Shown: in pieces, positions 38,880-53,097 of the stretch
Layout: every line of letters starts with the position of its first letter
Position numbering within the stretch: the first letter of the stretch is position 1
Source of the DNA: Octopus bimaculoides
Lineage: Eukaryota
Reading direction: 5' to 3'
Length of the DNA stretch: 64,000 nucleotides
NCBI RefSeq assembly: GCF_001194135.2
Contig: NC_068984.1
Location: 88,914,379-88,978,378 of the forward strand
Made by a program: the position numbers and the translations under genes
Notes under the pieces: generated by a model
Databases searched by the model: none
What the model saw: only the letters and a program-made list of their open reading frames with translations
What the model was told of the DNA's origin: nothing

Positions 38880-39075
38880 TGTTGTTGTTGTTTAGCCCTT
38901 GGTCAATCTCTGAATCCAAGAAACCTGTGGTCAAAAGCTTTCTGTTCTGTTTTTATTCAATGTTTTTTGTTTTTTGTTTTTTTCAATTGAAGTGTACATT
39001 GAACTGAAATAAGAAATGTGTCTTTTTAAAGACGATAGAATAAAATTTTAGAGAACTTAACTGCTATTTTTAGCA
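38880..39075 (-). mobile_element. Family E interspersed repeat
   Basis: GTTGTTGTTTAGCCCTTGGTCAATC..TTTTAAAGACGATAG..AACTGCTATTTTTAGCAG is the reverse of the 41465-41650 type. Confidence 0.6.
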
Positions 39076-39494
39076 GAGCGACTGATCGGGTTGAAGCTCC
39101 CTCGTTAACTCGTGTCTAATTAGATACCATTGGGACGTGGTATATCACATCCCTGGTGTCCATCCATCATATATATCACTCATTGCCATTTCTTCTCAAC
39201 CACTAGACTAACTTGGGACTTATGAAAGGAAAGCTTTATATAACACAAAATGTATTTATGAAACAAGGGCTAACTAAAATTGTGTAAACAAGCATGGTCT
39301 TTCAAAGAATAAACTTATGAAAATAATTTGTTCATGCAAAGGGGTAAGCAACGACTTTTAGTGCTATCGTCAATTCATCGTATAAGGAAAATAAGCGTAC
39401 TAAACTGACATCGCATCTAGGTGGATATTTGTTTCTCAATAGCTTCACACCGTAGAAACTGGAGATATACAACCACAACCTCAATGGTCGAAAG

Positions 39495-39814
39495 CAATGT
39501 TTCTCAACCATTTTTTACCGGTGGACAACTTCGATTCCTATTTTATTCTGGTGGACTTCCATAACCATTGGATGTTTATTCACTAGTTTTATAGATACTT
39601 CTTTCAAAATATCCATTTTGTTTTTCGAACATTAACTTGTGTAGGTAAAACTATGTAAAATGTTAGACAAAGTAAGCTGTTTCTTGCAATAGATACATCT
39701 AATGCAAAAAAGAAGAAAAAAAAATGCTCTGGATCCCCAATTTACTATTCTGCTTCATGGACCTCCAGGGGACATATGGATCTATAAAGAATACCCAAAA
39801 GATATGAAGCATTG
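39495..39814. mobile_element. Buster-type hAT MITE, degenerate
   Basis: Starts CAATGTTTCTCAACC and aligns by eye with 53337-53667 (TTTTATTCTGGTGGAC, CATATGGA). Confidence 0.7.
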
Positions 39815-40984
39815 GTTAAGTTTGGTTAGTTGCAATACTACGAAATCATAATCGCTATGATATAACCACTACAATATATGACCACATCTACTCAGTTAAC
39901 AAAATAAGATGAAAAGAACATTTCCCATGAAGATTGTTTTCTTGTTGTTCAAGATAATCCCTCACTGTCTCTTTCCCTCCCCCACCCCATACACACTACT
40001 TTTCTTACAAAGTCCCACCTTTTTTTCTCTTCTTATCCTTTCACCTCTCCTCTCTCCGTGTTTTCCTTCCAATCGTACTCTCTCATTCCTTTGCTCTCCT
40101 TTTTATCTACTACTTGTTTCCCATGATTTTCATTACATTTTCTTTATTTTCCCCACATTTCATTTTTATCTTTCGCATAATTTCTTTCTGCTTTTCCACT
40201 CACTCACTCACACACACATACACACACACACACACATATATACACAACACATACACTCACACACACACATATATCACCTCTCTCTCATTTCACTAGCGCA
40301 CACACACACACACACACACACATCTTCTTTCCTCCTGTTCAAACACACGCACGCACAAATTCTCTTTTTCTCTTTTCAACACGGACACTCACGCACACTC
40401 GTTTTCTCTCTTTTGCTTCTCTTCAAACGCTACCACCACCACAACCACCACCACCACCACCNNNNNNNNNNNNNNNNNNNNNNNNNNNNNNNNNNNNNNN
40501 NNNNNNNNNNNNNNNNNNNNNNNNNNNNNNNNNNNNNNNNNNNNNNNNNNNNNNNNNNNNNNNNNNNNNNNNNNNNNNNNNNNNNNNNNNNNNNNNNNNN
40601 NNNNNNNNNNNNNNNNNNNNNNNNNNNNNNNNNNNNNNNNNNNNNNNNNNNNNNNNNNNNNNNNNNNNNNNNNNNNNNNNNNNNNNNNNNNNNNNNNNNN
40701 NNNNNNNNNNNNNNNNNNNNNNNNNNNNNNNNNNNNNNNNNNNNNNNNNNNNNNNNNNNNNNNNNNNNNNNNNNNNNNNNNNNNNNNNNNNNNNNNNNNN
40801 NNNNNNNNNNNNNNNNNNNNNNNNNNNNNNNNNGATTGTCTATCTGTTTTGATTACCTTTGTGGTGTTATTGGTGAAAGTGAGAACTGTGCACGTGTGTT
40901 GAATGAAACCGTAACTTTCAGCCTTTCCTCCCAAACACAGCGATAACTTTACATGTTCGGCATCTGTGTAAACACTAGTGGAAT

Positions 40985-41030
<46 letters not shown>

Positions 41031-41275
41031 AGTGAAAGACGGACCGAGAGATATGGGGAGGGGAGGGGAGAGGGAAAGGGATAGACTGGGAAAGGTTATA
41101 TGACTGTGCTGCAACACAACTCTACAACTTCACCATCCTGATAATCACCATGACGATGACGACGACGACGACTATCACCTCCACCACCATCATCCCTTCA
41201 CTTATTATTATCAGTACCACCACTACCACCTCTACAACTACCAACACTACCACCACTACCAGCCTCTACAATTAA

Positions 41276-41323
<48 letters not shown>

Positions 41324-41334
41324 CATCACTACCA

Positions 41335-42384
41335 CCGACAACACCATTGCTATACCAACTATCACCACCACCACCAATAACGACACAAACACTACTAATA
41401 AGTTCCACCACCACCACCACTATTGCTGCTACTAATCCCTTCAACAAGGGAGCTCTCGACATAGTTGCTAGATCTGCTAGAAATAGGAGTTAATTCTCTG
41501 TCAAATCATACCGTCGGAAAAAAGGAAATAAAGACGAATTGGGTGTTGTAAGCATTGATTATGCAAAAACGAAAATGACAGGACAGTCGCGGCTGCAATA
41601 TGGCATTGACTATAAGCCTACTCGATCAGGAGTGACCTAGGGTTAAACAAGCAAGTACTCTCCATTACAACATCCGTCACTGCTTGATTTCATTACAGAC
41701 CAGATGTTCTGGAGATTTGTTTGTTCCTCCACCCCTTCACTTCTCATTCGCAAAATGAGCCCCCTTTAATTTTGTTCACATTGCTTTCAATTTTGGCGTA
41801 TCGATGCAACTCTGACTTTTGATTACGATCAACCAATTACTTTATCTTGTAAATTAAAGAGTCTGATGTTATTTGGGATTAAAGTTGGGAAATTTGGGTA
41901 ATTTTAGCCAATCAACAGACAGCGAAGCATTAACAGCTTGTTACCATGACAACCGCACATTGTGTTGTGTTCCACCTGCATGCTGTATTCATTCTTCACA
42001 CTACGAGATCTATACCACCCGCGTGTTTTGTTTTAATAAAAAAAATTATATTAATTAGAATTTTATTATAGATATTTTTCATTTGTCTTAATGTTTTACA
42101 TATTTCTCAAATAAAGCAAAAGTTGTTTTCGATGTTTATATAGTTTCTTAGCGTTATGAAGATAAATGGAATATGTGAACTTTGTACTGATAATTTGACA
42201 CATTATTTTTAAATTCTGCATGCAAAAACATATAGGATACAGGTCTTCTTTTTCTTGGGACAAATTCTTTGTTGACCAGTGTGATTCTTATTGTTGTTTA
42301 CAAATCCAAGCATGAAAACGTTACTCAACTTTGAAGTTTTGGAGACAGACGTCCCCTTTTCACACACACACATACACACACACA

Positions 42385-42427
<43 letters not shown>

Positions 42428-43270
42428 ACACACACACTTATATATTAGTGATGTACACAAATACAAGACAAGTAATCATAATACTGAAATACACATAAAG
42501 TAAGCACATGTAGACAAATATATTAATATTACAAATTTTTAGAAATAATAAAAACATACAATCAATGAAGAGACGCTAAACTATAAATTACACAGGGTAC
42601 AACCTTAAAGTTGATACCGCTCCGCCAAAAGCAGAAAATTTGTCTCGCTATTAGCTATGAATACACATTTTTTTTTCGATTTTTAAACCTCTGTAATTTT
42701 TTCTCCCAATTTTCTTTCTCCGCAACATCATACCTTCATAGCAATAAGACTGGAAATCTTTTTTATTATAGCCGATTTTCTGATTTTTTACTGTCTTTAA
42801 AAAACATGCACATTTTGCGAATGAAAAAAACTAGATCCCTACTACTACTACTACTACCTCTTCCAGCATCACTACCACAAATTCCACCGACAACGCCATT
42901 GCTACAACAACTATCATTACCACCACAACCACCGCTACCTCTATCGCTACTACTAATCCCTTCAACAAGGTAGCTCTCGACATAGTTGCTCGATCTGCTA
43001 GAAATAGGAGTTAATTCTCTGTCAAATCATACCGTCGGAAAAAGGGAAATAAAGACAAATTGGATTTTGTAAGCATTGATTATACAAAAACGAAAATGAC
43101 AGGACAGTCGCGGCTGCAATATGGCATTGACTATAAACCTGCTCGATCAGGAGTGACCTCGGGCTAAACAAGCAAGTACTCTCCATTACAACATCCGTCA
43201 CTGCTTGATTTCATTACAGACCAGATGTTCTGGAGATTTGTTTGTTTCCCCACCCCCCTCTCTTCTCATT
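41335..43270 (+). repeat. Direct duplication of about 400 bp: 41335-41748 and 42887-43270
   Basis: Near-identical from ACTAATCCCTTCAACAAGG through GGAGATTTGTTTG, including a family E element and both of its flanks. Confidence 0.9.
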
Positions 43271-43520
43271 GATATCTTCCCCAACACATACACGCCTATC
43301 ATACATTTTCATGCTACGAAGTAAAACGAAAGAGAAAAAAGAAATGGAAATAGATCTTACGTCGATTTCGGCGATGTCGCAGTTGTTCAATTAACTGGGG
43401 AATCTACTCGGCTGGATGTGTGTGAATGAGATTTTTCCGGATACACTATATTGTCTTTTTTTTTTGTATATTCCCTATCCTTCCACACACACATATACAA
43501 CGCACACAAATACACACACA

Positions 43521-43571
<51 letters not shown>

Positions 43572-43764
43572 CTTACTATTTGTCTTCTCGTACACTTCCT
43601 TTACTCATACTAACCTCTTTCGTCCACATCTATTTTCTTTTTCACCATCTTCAACTAAACTTCACACACACACACACACACACTTGCAATGTCAGATGTG
43701 ATGGACCCATGTATACGGAGAGGACAGAAATTAATACCCCAGGAGAGCAAAGAGAACATGGTCA

Positions 43765-45950
43765 CTGGAACTCTTAGCTTACAACAAACATATTGTCCGC
43801 AACACTTTTGCAGTGCTTGTCCTCACACCTACGTTTGGCTAAAAACTCATTGAGACAAATGTTCAAATTCGCAAGCTGCTCAGTGTTACAGGAAACTTCA
43901 ACATCAATGGAGATGTAGACAGGCTGTACTTCCCATGCAAGGAAGGTGACCGTGCTCTCAAATTTGTATTGTTGTCATATGAAGTACATATTGTGACACT
44001 GAAACATCTGCAGCCGAGGAAAGAGATCAGAAACTATTTTGTCCAAGTTTGTGACCATAAAACCAACAACATAATTAGGATAGCTAATGAACTTGTGGAG
44101 AGGTATGAAATAATAACTGATACAGATCTCTCCCCAAGAAGCACTGATAAAATCTATTTATCAGAACAACAGAAGAAAATAATGAACCAGTTCTTTGAGA
44201 AGATAGTATATGTCAAAAGCTTGACATGGAGTACCAACAAGTTTGTCATCCCATTTATAAGGCTACATCCACATAATCCATGAACAAGAGATCCTCATTA
44301 AGTACCTACAGCATAGAGAATGTCTTCAAGATATTATCTTTTCATGAGACATGATGCAGTGGCCAAAACAGTCTGGATCAGGATAACAAAATACTTGCAA
44401 ACAAATACCTGCAAACAAAGCTAACTATATTGAGACCGATAGGTCAAAAGAATATTAGTAGAACTCAAAAATTTAAACAACCGCCAAGTTAAAACACAAC
44501 CGACCAGATATCGTTCTGTAGGACCACAAAGAAAAGGTATGTTCCGTTGTGGAAATCAATTGCCCTCTGGGTATGGGGGATGATGGAGAACTTCCAACTC
44601 CAACTCCTGTCGGCTCACCAATGTCATTTTTGCTTTGTGTGGTCTGACGTTGTCTTGCAATAAAATAGGAGTGGATCTGTTGACTAATCTAGGCTGTTTT
44701 TTTTTTTTGTAAGTTTCTGCATCATTTGGTCTAGTTGACTGCAGTATACTTTGGCCGTGATTGATGAACCAGGTTTAATGAAATCATAATGGATCACACC
44801 TGCACCAGACCACCGAACACACACCATCAGCTTCTTTTGCTTTTTAGACTGTGTTTTGGTGGCTCGTTCTTGTCCAACCATTGTGCTGAACGTTTACGGT
44901 TGTTGTATTGGATCCATTTCTCATCACATGTTACAATTCGATTCAAATATTATTCATTTTGTGACGAGAAAGTAGCATAATGCAGGCTTCCAAAAGTTGC
45001 TGTTTCTGATTTTCATTGAGTTCATGTGGAACCCACTTATCCAACTTTTTCACTTTACCGATTTGAACTAGGTGAGTCAATATTGTCTGCTTGCTAACAC
45101 CAAACAACAACGATAATTCACGGGTACTTTGAGATGGTTCTGACTCGACGGTANNNNNNNNNNNNNNNNNNNNNNNNNNNNNNNNNNNNNNNNNNNNNNN
45201 NNNNNNNNNNNNNNNNNNNNNNNNNNNNNNNNNNNNNNNNNNNNNNNNNNNNNNNNNTTGTGAGGTCAAAGATACCAGAGCGAAATGTTGCAAACCAATT
45301 TGATACTGTCTGTTGTGTAATAACATTAGAATGAAATACTCCATTAATATTCCGAGCTATCTGTGATGCTGTATTTCCAAGAAAGAACTCATATTTCAAA
45401 ACTGTACAAATTTCCGATTTATCCATCTCTAAACAAAAATAGCAAAAAACGATTTATAAATACTTTATAAAGCGCAAAATGAGTTAAAATAAAGAAGTAG
45501 ATGAGTCAGCTTTCTAACAAAAAATAAAGATTAGCAAAATATAATAATGGTGCAAAATGAGCAGCTGTCAAAGTTTACCATATACCTTACTACAAATTTC
45601 ATACTTGACGACCTAATACAAGAGAAGCAGGACATCTACGGACCATTGTTAAGGAATTTGCAAATTCAGTACACAAGATACACTTTCAGTTTCATACCCA
45701 CTATTATTGGAGCAACAGGATACATACCAACCCGTCTGGAGAAATGTATGGCTGAACTTGGAATCTTGGGGAAAGAATGCAAATCCTCAATTCATGCGCT
45801 ACAAATTATTACGATATCTGTGACTATAAAAATCTCCAAGACCTTCCTAAGATTTAAAGGGTAAGAGTTAAAACAAAAAACTTTCCTTCACAACCTTGCT
45901 GTTAAATAGGTGGCAGGTCAAAATTTACTCTAAATTAAAAAGAGAAAGTG
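43765..45950 (+). mobile_element. R4/Dong-type LINE (second subfamily), 5'-truncated, split by a mariner at 44572-45618
   Basis: AYNKHIV.NTFAVLVLTPTFG, INGDVDRLYFPCKEG, RHDAVAKTVW, KHNRPDIVL*DHKEKVCSVVEINCP (RLE PD..E), resuming QEKQDIYGPLLRNL..FIPTIIGATG..KTFLRF; followed by (CATA)n. Confidence 0.85.
44572..45618 (-). mobile_element. mariner transposon, 3'-deleted, nested in the R4 element
   Basis: 5' TIR TATTAGGTCGTCAAGTATGAAAT (ends 45618); MDKSEICTVLKYEF..TVSNWFATFRSG, KWVPHEL, VTCDEKWI, KKLMVCVRW, ending at LEVLHHPPYP. Confidence 0.95.
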
Positions 45951-46560
45951 AACATACATACATACATACATACATACATACATACATACATACATACATA
46001 CATAATGTATACATACATACATGCATACATACATATTTATATCTATCTATATATAGATATATATTGTACAAAAGGAGAAAAAGTACATATTTATACATAT
46101 TGTACAGAAATTCAAAGGACCACTGTCTGTGTATATGTTTAAAAATACCTTTAATGCATTACGAGAAAAACTATAAAGCAGACAAAAAAAATCAAAGAAC
46201 AAATAAAGCTAAAGAAACAAGAGTGTAAAATCAATATAATCATGTTTTGAAGAAAGGACTAGAGGAGAATTAAACAATGGTCAATCGTCAAGCATAGTAA
46301 AAAGGGAAAAGAAAAAAAAAAGGAAAAGAATATTTAGTGTAAAAAGAAAAGAAATACGATGTTGATTTGAGTAAAGCAGGAAGATAAATGGCAAAACGGA
46401 GTTGGGTAAAGCGGAAATGTGTAGATCTGTGGTTTGCAGCAAAAAAAAAGTGTGTGTGTGTGTGTGTGTGNNNNNNNNNNNNNNNNNNNNNNNNNNNNNN
46501 NNNNNNNNNNNNNNNNNNNNNNNNNNNNNNNNNNNNNNNNNNNNNNNNNNNNNNNNNNNN

Positions 46561-46595
<35 letters not shown>

Positions 46596-47944
46596 AAGCG
46601 AAATAAGCATGGGATAATATATGGAAATGTGCATGTTATGTATGTCTTTCTGTGTATGGAAGTATGTGTGAACATCTGTGAGAGCGTGTGCATTTGGAGA
46701 ATAGATTTGAATTTAGTATGTTACTATGTGGGTGGTATGAATAGTACGTAATAATGTGTATAATAGAAAGTGTTGTTGATGAGCTGTGTATCTGTGATGA
46801 AATTCTGTAGTGGATGAGTAGTGCAGCATACATGTGTGTGTAAAACGGGGATGTGATGAGTACGTGAAGTCGTTTATTGATGTATGGGGTTAGTAAATGG
46901 GGAGAAATGTTTTTAGAGGAAAGCAATTCGATTATTAGTCCCAGCTGGGTGAGCTGTGTTTAACTGGAAAATTAATTGTTATTCATGATGCGGGTGAGAG
47001 AGAGAGAAAGAGAGAGAGAGAAGTTCAGTTGTGTTGTATGCTACTGCAAACGGTAAGATTCTGATAGACGTGACCTGGAAAACTGAAGTGACAAGATACA
47101 GGCTTGAATGTTATAGTGTTGTTGCACCAGACATCCAACAAATATTCTCTAAGCCGATCATCGACAAGTTTCCCCATTGCAAATCAGGCTGCAGCGTCAA
47201 CAATTTTATACGATAAATAATGATATTGCAGGGGCAGGTAACACAATTGGTGGATTAGGAACGTTAGTATAGGGTGGTGGTTTTGTTTTTTGTTTTTTTT
47301 TACACAAAGGAATAAATATTTGCCGCAGAAGCGGGAGCGGATAAAGACTCGCGGTTAGCAAGGGATGAACGAACGAAGGACTGAAGGTTCACTCAGATTG
47401 CAGTCGAGTTTCAAGGTATGCAAGTGCTGAGGAGGATGTGGAAAGTGGTGAGATATGGTTAGGAGATTGAAATGTTGTAGGATGGTGTACTGGAGTAATA
47501 TGGCAGGATGGTTGGTGAAAGGGTGGGGAAGACATTTTGTTGTTGTGCGGATACGATCAGAAGAGCAGTAGTACAGTCACTAGCACAGGCGTAACGGCAA
47601 CAACGTCAAATAATTGTTAACGGTAGCCAGGTTCCCTGTTGTAAAAGACTATTAAAGTCAGAATCTCGGCTTCAAAAGTAGAAAAGACAATGGATGACAA
47701 CAAATATAGATAAACGGACATACACCCAACTTCTCCATTGTAAAGTGCTGTTATCGAACTTAGTTATAACAAAATAGTTAACTTTTCCATGTTGCCGTAA
47801 CCTCAGCGCTTGTTACCGGGAATAGATACCAAATGTTATATCCTCTCCAACTGAGTTCCAATAACACCAGACCACACAAACATACACACACAAATGCACA
47901 CAAACGCATGCACACATATACACTCACACACATACACACTCACA

Positions 47945-47983
<39 letters not shown>

Positions 47984-48649
47984 TCTCACACACATACACA
48001 CTCACGCTCTCTCACACACACACACATTACTAGCGAAACATATGTATGTATACATTTATATCTATAAACGTCGGCATTTTTCCCAATTTTTTTACCAGAT
48101 TTTGTAGAGAGATCCAGTTCTAACGAGTCATGCATGAAAAAAATATATATATATATATTACGTGTCCAAGACCTCCTGTGATGCGTTAAGAAAGGCGATG
48201 CAGAGAGACTGAAAGATGTAATGAAGTGTAATGAAGTAGAGATGTAGAATAACATAGAGAAACGTTGTCAATTTGTTACGTAAGACTCTTTTTCTTTCTT
48301 CTACCGTTTCTTTAATCACTCTTTCTCTCATTGACACACACATATACACTATCTCTTATAGCATACGCTTACACATACCATATATGCATAACACACATAT
48401 CCGTGTGCGCGCACACCCACACACAATTATTTTAATTGAGGAAAAGAGAAGAAGTCAGATCAGCATGAAAATATGGAATGTTTCACGAATTTGCGAGTCT
48501 TCCGTACTTGCTTCGAAAAATAGACAACCGATAACAAACGAAAATAATATATTTACATGGAGAGTTGCGTATAATTTACTTGAAATAATCAGTTCATACG
48601 GTTACAGCTGTTTCGGATGGTGATGACTTGTTGATATAATAATTATTTC

Positions 48650-48860
48650 TACTCTAGGCACAAGGCCTTGAAAATTTTGGCGGGAAGGAGGCTAGTCGAT
48701 TACATCGACTCCAGTGCGTAACTGGTTCTTATTTCATCGATCTCGAAAGGATGAAAAGTAAAGTCTATCTTTGCGGAATTTGAACTCAGACTGTAGCGGC
48801 AGACGAAATACCACTAAGTATTTCGCTCTGCGTGATAACGATTCTGCCAGTTCGTCGTCT
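48650..48860 (-). mobile_element. SINE family C, near full length
   Basis: GGCACAAGGCCTTGAAAATTTTGG..GAAAGGATGAAAAGTAAAGTC..TTTGAACTCAGA..ACGATTCTGCCAGTTCGTCG. Confidence 0.9.
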
Positions 48861-49329
48861 TGCTTGTTGATATAATAATGCATCTTATGCAATACTGATG
48901 TTCAATATAATATGCCTTATGGAGGAAGTGGAAGGACAACCGAATGCTGGAGATGAACACAGACTTGGTAATACGAAAATGTTTTGTTATAGCGGCGGCA
49001 ATAGAAGGTAATTACGCCAGAGAATCTATTAAAGGGGAAGTCTTCGTTATCACATAAATTTTCTAGAGATTTTCGGTAGCATAGATTGCATGCTTGTCGG
49101 CTTCGTAGATACAATATTTTAGTATTAATGATTGACCAGGAAGTGTCATAAGGTATACTATCAGCTCTGAGGTGGCGGATGTAGGTCGCCAGAGTGGTTA
49201 TACAGATATTTATTTGTAAGCCTTTCAGCTGTGAAAATACATTCTCTGAAATAAGATGAATTGTTCATGAATTGGACTATTGGTTTAATTATATTTGAAA
49301 TGCGTTTAATTTACTTTTTTAAAAAATTA

Positions 49330-49485
49330 ACAGGCGTGATTTTGTGGAAAGAAGCTTGCTTCCCAACCACATGGCTCCGGGTTCAGTCCCACAGCGTGGC
49401 ACCTTGGACAAGTATCTTCTATTATAACCTCGGGACGACCAAAGCCTTGTGAGTGAATTAGGTAGACGGAAACTGAAAGAAGCCC

Positions 49486-49524
<39 letters not shown>

Positions 49525-49525
49525 T
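49330..49525 (+). mobile_element. SINE family D 5' half ending in its internal microsatellite
   Basis: AAGAAGCTTGCTTCCCAACCACATGG..GGTTCAGTCCCAC..GCACCTTGGACAAGTATCTTCT..GAAACTGAAAGAAGCCC-(TA)(GT)n. Confidence 0.9.
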
Positions 49526-49926
49526 TTGTGCTTGTGTTTGATAAACAGAAATAATGGATTGTATACATTTATTTATTTATGATAAATATATAGCCGTTTG
49601 AGATATGTATTAAGGTGCGTTCGTGGTTTAATCAATCAATCAATTGATCAACATAAAATATAGGGGAGAACCAGCAGCCTTAACCTATATTCTTCAGAGC
49701 CATGTATGTATATATTGTATGTATGTATATATTGTATGTATGTATATATTGTATGTATGTATGGATGGATAAATGTATGTATGTATGTATGTGTTCATAT
49801 TTGTTTATACATACACAGACAGTTAATAAAAGGGAGTGTTCATTGTATTTGGCGGGATTGAATGTTTGAATTTGAAATAAGACAAAAGTTGTATAGAATT
49901 CACAGATGTATTTATTTATTCCCTCA

Positions 49927-49994
<68 letters not shown>

Positions 49995-49996
<2 letters not shown>

Positions 49997-50060
49997 GGCG
50001 GCGAGTTGGTAGAATCGTTAGCACGCTGGGTAAAATGCTTAGCGGCATTTCACCCACCAC
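49995..50060 (+). mobile_element. SINE family C head fragment after (TTA)n
   Basis: AAGGCGGCGAGTTGGTAGAATCGTTAGCACGCTGGGTAAAATGCTTAGCGGCATTTC. Confidence 0.8.
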
Positions 50061-50235
50061 CAAAAGACATGCTCGACTGGTTAAGGTCAAGCAACAGACA
50101 AGGAAATATGTGGTACTGAGCAGAATATTTGCTGTAGCCTATCTTTTATACCTAGACAAAATATGTACATGATAGCACTTCCAATCAGTTAAGATCAGAA
50201 ACCATGGGAGCCAGTGCCTGGTACTGCATCCGGGC

Positions 50236-50296
<61 letters not shown>

Positions 50297-51905
50297 TATC
50301 TTTTTTTTAATTTTTTTTATTTTTGTTGCTTACTTATTACGAAGTTCTTAAAATTTCTAGTCAATAATAATGGAATTTCGACAACAACAATAGGGTATTT
50401 TTGTATGTATGTATGTATGTATGTATGTATGTATGTATGTATGTATACATGTATGTATGTATGTATGTATGCATATGTGTATGTATTCGTGCAAATTTGT
50501 ATGTTTTGTTTTATGTATGTATTGTCATGCATATAGTTCCGTATCTAGACATGCTCATATATATTTAAATGATAAACTTCTGGAAAGTTTTACAGATTTT
50601 TACAGTTCCAGTGATGGATTGAATCTGTAGTCTTCGAATTAGCTTTCTCCTTTTTGGTTTTGAGAAGCCTAATTTCTCAAGATTGGTATTTAGGCAGTGT
50701 TACATATCCCAGGGCCCCAATAATTACAGGTATAAACCTGAACTTGTAATCTGGATAGGGTAACTGCAGATTTCTCAATAGTTCAGCATAGGTGTTCCCT
50801 TTTTCACTGATTTTCAGTTTCATGTTAACACCCACTGGGCAGCTAATTTCCACAAGTGTACACAGTTTCTCTTCTCTGTCCCAAATCATTATACCAGGTA
50901 TGCTGTCCTTACATTTTATTGAGGTCTTCACTGAGACATTCCACCAGTACTCCTTTTTATTATGAGTGGCTATGGCTTCTACCATACTGTGGGTTTTACT
51001 TTCTTTGTCCTCGGGGTTATCCTTCCGACGGATTTCATTATAGAGTGTCCTAGCGACAACATCATGTCTCATCGGTAGATAATGCCGTGATTACATTTTC
51101 GGACAACTGCTTATGACGTGGCCGATATCTTCGGTGTTAACTCCACAAAGTCTGCATCGGTTGTCACATTTTACTGCTTTTCCTGCATCTCTATCCCTTT
51201 TCTGCATCAGGTATTTGGTTGATATTTCTTGTTCCTGTTCTACTTCAAAGCGGGAGGTAGTAATCCGGCTATTGGTCCATGATAGACTTCTTTGATGATC
51301 AACGTTACTATCATCTCGGAGCTTTCCACTAATGCATAGTCTTCTACTCTTATATACTCATCCTTTCATAGTCTTCTGCTCTTATATGCGCTTCCTTTCA
51401 TCTGATGATAAGTTGCAGTAGAATCTTGCGACTTCTTTGAGCATGTATTTAAGGTTATCAGACAAGGAGTGTTGCTCAAGGAGCTGCCTTCCAAGTCTTA
51501 TGATGTTATCAGCCTTATGTATGCAAACATGGTCAAGGGATGTATGCACTTCGACGCTTAGTGGTTAAAAGATGTTGTCGAAGGGATATGATATGACAAT
51601 GAAAGGCATTAGGGATCGACGTTAAGCCTCTGCCGCCTTGTTTTCGTTTTAGATAGAGGCGGCCTACGTCTCTGTTTATGTGGAAATAACGTGTGCTTGA
51701 TAGTATTGGTCGAGTTTTCACATCAATGGCTCGGATCTCACCAGGCGTCCAATCAAACAACCCTAATGTTGGTATGAGTACTGACACTGCAAACACATTG
51801 TGGGCCACTGTTTTATGGAATGCAGAGAGTTCTGAGGTCCAAATTTTATTTATTGGACTGTAATATTCTTTAGTGACACGTGTATTGTTACAGGTGCCAT
51901 TGTAA
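50297..51905 (-). mobile_element. R4/Dong-type LINE, 5'-truncated, same subfamily as 17806-18896
   Basis: IWTSELSAFHKTVAHNVFAVSVL..HINRDVGRLYLKRKQGGRGL; CRLCGVNTEDIGHVISSCPKM; RHDVVARTLYN; YWWNVSVKT..LVEISCP; YPDYKFRFIPVIIGALG; 3'UTR shared with copy 1. Confidence 0.9.
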
Positions 51906-52295
51906 CATATGTATGTATATACGTATGTATGTATGTATGTATGTATGTATGTATGTATGTATGTATATGAATACACACACACACATACATAGAGAGAGAA
52001 TGGGGTTAAAAGGGAAAGGACAAAATAGAGTTTGATATGACAAACTGATATCGTTTCTGCACGTCACACTAATACTCCAAGTCAACTATTACTCTATTGT
52101 AACTGTTAGTCTTTCTGCATCTCCTTTTTTGACTCATCCCCCTTTTAATCTTTGGCAACCTCGAAACGGAATTTTTACTTCGTGCATGATTCTGGGTTGC
52201 ATTTGGATCTCACTGTGAAATTTAAGATTTCTTGTGATATGGCAACAAACATAGACGCTTATAAATACAGATTATGCGTATGTGAGTGTGTGTGA

Positions 52296-52336
<41 letters not shown>

Positions 52337-52429
52337 TACGTGTGATAATATGTGTATTTGTGTGTGTGTGTGTGTGTGTGTTCATGTCTGTACGTTTGTG
52401 TATGCGAACCTGCATATATGTATGTGTTT

Positions 52430-52463
<34 letters not shown>

Positions 52464-53050
52464 TTGTATTAGTGCGTGTATGTATGTATCTGTGTGTGTG
52501 TGTGTGTTTGTGTGCGTATGTAAGTTAATTCAGATATATAATCACAACGATCTATTCTTTTGTTCTCATTTAAAATGGACGCTTGTATGTTAGCATCAAT
52601 GATCTTTTTTTGTATGTGTGTGCGTGTAAGTGTAAGTGTGCGTGCTTGTATGTGTCAATCAATCATTTTTGTATGTGTGTGTTTGTAAGTATCAATACGT
52701 GTAGTATCTTTGGACAATAAAAAGGTCTAGATTTGATCGGATGGGTGGAGCAGTTAATGCCTTTCCTTTTGACAAATGGAACAAAACGTTTCTTGAAATT
52801 AACATAGACTTCCTTATTGTTGCATAGTTGTCTTCTTTATTGTTGTTGTTGCTGCTGTTTCCCTGTTCCAGTTGCTGCAACTCTTTGCTAGTGCAGCTGG
52901 GTTTTTTTCTTCGAGTTGTTGCAGATTATTTCATTAACGTCACTGATCGTCATGATGACACATGAGATACTCTTGCTGGTGTGGCTGATGATGGTACTTG
53001 TGACCGCTGTTCTAATAGTAGCGGTCTTGTACGAAGTGACTATCATCGAT

Positions 53051-53097
<47 letters not shown>

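Noticed and set aside
39909-40946. 345-aa ORF
   Set aside because: CT/CA low-complexity sequence plus an N gap.
47300-47420. Acceptor/donor pair around a GC-richer segment
   Set aside because: All three frames contain stops; no other support.
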